DNA of 63,927 nucleotides, filler included, from Candidatus Methanoxibalbensis ujae (GTDB lineage Archaea > Halobacteriota > Syntropharchaeia > Alkanophagales > Methanospirareceae): assembly GCA_026134085.1 (NCBI GenBank). It is 4 parts of 4 records of this genome, joined end to end, with 100 filler letters (N's around TTAATTAATTAA, not from the genome) between each part and the next. Parts side by side here need not be neighbours in the genome. Positions count along the whole stretch, not along the records: positions 60,211 to 63,927 come from JAOQIN010000077.1; 3 more parts are not named here. The stretch is one strand, 5' to 3'. The stretch's first letter is position 1. Each line of letters begins with the position of its first letter. Below the pieces are notes generated by a model, which worked only from the letters and a program-made list of their open reading frames with translations, was not told where the DNA came from and made no database searches. A program made the position numbers and the translations under genes. Of the stretch, positions 60,987-63,927 are shown one piece after another.

Positions 60987-62397
60987 TTAACTTGGACAAT
61001 CGCACTTGCAACAGGTCAGTTNNNNNNNNNNNNNNNNNNNNNNNNNNNNNNNNNNNNNNNNNNNNNNNNNNNNNNNNNNNNNNNNNNNNNNNNNNNNNNN
61101 NNNNNNNNNNNNNNNNNNNNNGATAGCTTGGATGGGACACACGCCAGCGTACCTTAGTCGCATCAGCCGATGTTACTCCATTTTTGCAATCCACATCAGC
61201 AGCCCACAGATTTGTCAGTTGATAGCTTGGATGGGACACACGCCAGCGTACCTTAGTCGCATCAGCCGATGTTACTCCATTTTTGCAATCCACATCACCG
61301 CACTCGCAAGCCAATAGTTTCACTTCACTGTCCGAACATACAAAAACCTGGAGCCCGGGTATATCTGGCTTTACACTCTGATTTACCCATGGAAGCCATT
61401 CCACATCCACCGGATTGCCCTGGTAACTAAAGGACATATCATAGAATGTTGCCTCCCCCGGAACATCGGTAACATCGTGAACATGGTAACCCTCCAGAGT
61501 TGTGAAAATATCAAGATTGACCGCACCCGCAACCAAAGGCCATGTATAAATGTATGTAACATCACCTGTGTCTATGTTCTTTATCTCTATATACCAGCGT
61601 GTCTGCAATACTTGATATGTTAATTTTCCCCGAAGCTTGTCGCCTACGTCCACATTTATAGGTTCACTTGAATGATAGTCTCCTTCTGCATCAGGACCCC
61701 ACTGGGCGTAAGCTATCCAATCCCCATTTGGGGTATACCAAAGTAGAATCGGATGCATAATTACTGTCCCTCCAGAATACTCCTGAATGGCATTGAAAAG
61801 CAAATCCGCTGTATTCCACTCCGGCGATGATGGAACACATGGACAATCCCAGTATGCTGTAAACTCAAAAAGGTCCAAATCTTGACCTATGTCTCTTGCA
61901 CATTCTATCCAGCCAGTGTGCTCACCCATTATTCCTCCCGTTTTCTCTCCTTCTCCTGTTGCACTCTTTTCACTTTTTATGGTTATCAAAAGTGTCCCAT
62001 CCGGTGCATAGTACTTAGTTGCATTTCCCGTTATTTTGCCTCTATCCTCAGTATAAAATTCAATCTGCTCACGAATGCCATATGACCCAGATGGATACAC
62101 ATGAACTCTGGTTGCCGGTATCATTCCAGATGGCGTCGGAATCTTGGCTGCATCAGAATCTCTCGCTTTTAATATTGGTTTCCCATCCGGTGCGTAAACC
62201 GTTGTTATACCATCAGCGGAATGGTAAATGACCGAACCAGGAGGAATAGAATAAATATACTCACCTTCCATGGGACTGAGCGGAGCATCAATCACTGTAT
62301 ATTCCTCGCTCCCTTCGTCTGCTGTGACCAATCCAATACTGCATGCCAGCAGCGACAACGCTATTATTCCTATACCAATTGCCAGTATCTTTTTCAT
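60987..62397 (-). CDS. secreted protein with ConA/peptidase-G1-like beta domain and C-terminal dockerin-like repeats (spans N gap)
   Basis: CGDVDCKNGVTSADA and ADVDCKNGVTSADA. After the gap it ends LTCCKCDCPS with a stop at 60987. Confidence 0.7.
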
Positions 62398-62418
62398 CTT
62401 TCCATATCATCTCCTAAA

Positions 62419-63633
62419 TCACACCACATTTACGGTAAGCCAGCGGTTGCTCAGTCCTCCTACTCCTGATATATCCATACACAACACGTATTTACCTGGA
62501 GAAAGCTCAGGGCTTGTTTCTATCCTTATCTTTGAAGTGTAGCTCTGATGAGTTCGCACGAAGAATTTGGAAGGTTCTATACTGACCTCCAGACCTTCTG
62601 GCATCGCCATTTCTTCTTTTTCGCCCACTGCGGCCACCCTGTAAATTTTATAGCTAACTTCCCCCGGACCACCTTCTCCCGTATGCAACGTGTAATAAGT
62701 TTCTTTTGTCTCTCCCGGTTTTAACGTTATAGAAGAATTCTCAAAAGATCCACATGGTTGATAAACCATTGGTGGTGAAATAAGTATTAGTACTTCCTCT
62801 CCAGTTCCAGATACCCGTGACACTATTCTTCTTGGTTCTACAAAAACTCTGAGCCAATCATCGCCAATTGTTTCGTTTTCGCCTTCAAAAATCACTTGCA
62901 AGTAAAACACATATTGCCTTGTAGGAGCACGACCGCCAGTTTTTGATAGATTTACTTCATTCGGAAGAAGCTCGGGACTTGTTTTTACCGTAATCTTTGA
63001 TGTGTATTTCTTATGTGGTTGTGCGATAAATTTAGAAGGTTCTATACTGACCTCCAGACCTTCTGGCATCGCCATTTCTTCTTTTTCGCCCACTGCGGCC
63101 ACCCTGTAAATTTTATAGCTAACTTCCCCCGGACCCCCATTTCTGGTATAAAGCGTATAATATGTTTCCCCCGTTTCCCCTGGATTTAATCGCATAAAAT
63201 TTCCGTGAATACCACCAATAGGAACTGTAAGCAGTATTTTGGTTGAGACCGATTCTTGTTGGACTGACGGGTATCCACCTGTGGAAATGATTAGTTTTTC
63301 ATCCTCTTTCTTAACGTGAAAGAATCTTCCTTCTTCTATATTGACAACTGTCCATTCGTAATCGTTTTCTTTCTTGATAAGGACGTTTTCAGAAAGTGAA
63401 AATCCTTGGGTTTTGAACGCGTTCCTCAATCTTTCTGAGATAATTCCCTTGTTCAAGTCATCTTCTAATCCCGTATCTACATTCATGCTAAACAAATACT
63501 TCCCTTCTGGACTAAGCGGTGCATCTATTACCGTATATTCCTCACCTTTATCTTCGAGCGTGATTAACCCAGCACTGCATACCAGCAGCGACAACGCTAT
63601 TATTCCTATACCTATTGCCAGTATCTTTATCAT
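62419..63633 (-). CDS. secreted protein with duplicated Ig-like domain
   Basis: Signal peptide shared with 62397, and an identical 101-bp duplication at 62570-62670 and 63035-63135. Confidence 0.75.
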   Translation of the reverse strand: MIKILAIGIGIIALSLLVCSAGLITLEDKGEEYTVIDAPLSPEGKYLFSMNVDTGLEDDLNKGIISERLRNAFKTQGFSLSENVLIKKENDYEWTVVNIEEGRFFHVKKEDEKLIISTGGYPSVQQESVSTKILLTVPIGGIHGNFMRLNPGETGETYYTLYTRNGGPGEVSYKIYRVAAVGEKEEMAMPEGLEVSIEPSKFIAQPHKKYTSKITVKTSPELLPNEVNLSKTGGRAPTRQYVFYLQVIFEGENETIGDDWLRVFVEPRRIVSRVSGTGEEVLILISPPMVYQPCGSFENSSITLKPGETKETYYTLHTGEGGPGEVSYKIYRVAAVGEKEEMAMPEGLEVSIEPSKFFVRTHQSYTSKIRIETSPELSPGKYVLCMDISGVGGLSNRWLTVNVV

Positions 63634-63806
63634 CTTACTTTTCTCACCTCCTAAAACTTTCTGCGAAAGAAACTTTTATCCATCTATTTCCTATCCTCGT
63701 CTCTCATTCCGTTCTTTTTTGCATAACCCTCTCACAAAAAAGAAAAAAAGGGGAAAATTTTTCACCTTTCTCTTTTACACTGTTTTTTTCTCATGCGAAT
63801 TGCGTT

Positions 63807-63927
63807 GTTAGCAGCTTGCGGTCAGTGTATCGCCGGTCTTCATGCTTATGAAGTAGCCCACGCCTCGCTCCATCGTGTTGAAATCGTTGAACACCGATGG
63901 TGCACCCGGCACATACACCTCAAACTC
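63807..63927 (-). CDS. 3-prime end of a cell-surface protein (partial)
   Basis: EFEVYVPGAPSVFNDFNTMERGVGYFISMKTGDTLTASC-stop, typical of the C-terminal part of GWNLISLP domains. Confidence 0.55.

Overview
The window is not contiguous DNA. It holds four unrelated contigs joined by N-TTAATTAATTAA-N linkers: 1-20273, 20374-40212, 40313-60110 and 60211-63927. Contigs 1, 3 and 4 are chromosomal DNA of a euryarchaeon. The gene set (fen1, eIF5A, nurA/herA, aglJ-like, glnA, nadE, cbiA/cfbB-like, cohesin/dockerin proteins) fits an ANME-1/Methanophagales-like lineage, which is inference. These contigs carry many pseudogenes, a decayed IS605 and very frequent short tandem duplications. Contig 2 (19.8 kb, visibly AT-richer, dense, nearly all hypothetical genes, no integrase) looks like a near-complete archaeal virus. 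It encodes a SIRV2-type (Adnaviria/Tokiviricetes, filamentous) major capsid protein candidate, a glycosyltransferase, a DNA methyltransferase and an SSB-like/MCM-like/mini-primase replication block. Two features stand out. The first is four tandem JAB/MPN-like paralogs, two of them with a degenerate active site. The second is a repeat system of 54-bp arms in alternating orientation (108-bp period, core GACATGTGTATATACACATGTC) that brackets the 14-kb structural module in inverted orientation. There is also a fold-back hairpin at the contig end and an unannotated 57-aa (E/V)(V/I)(V/M)D repeat ORF. All protein family calls come from motif recognition, not from database searches.
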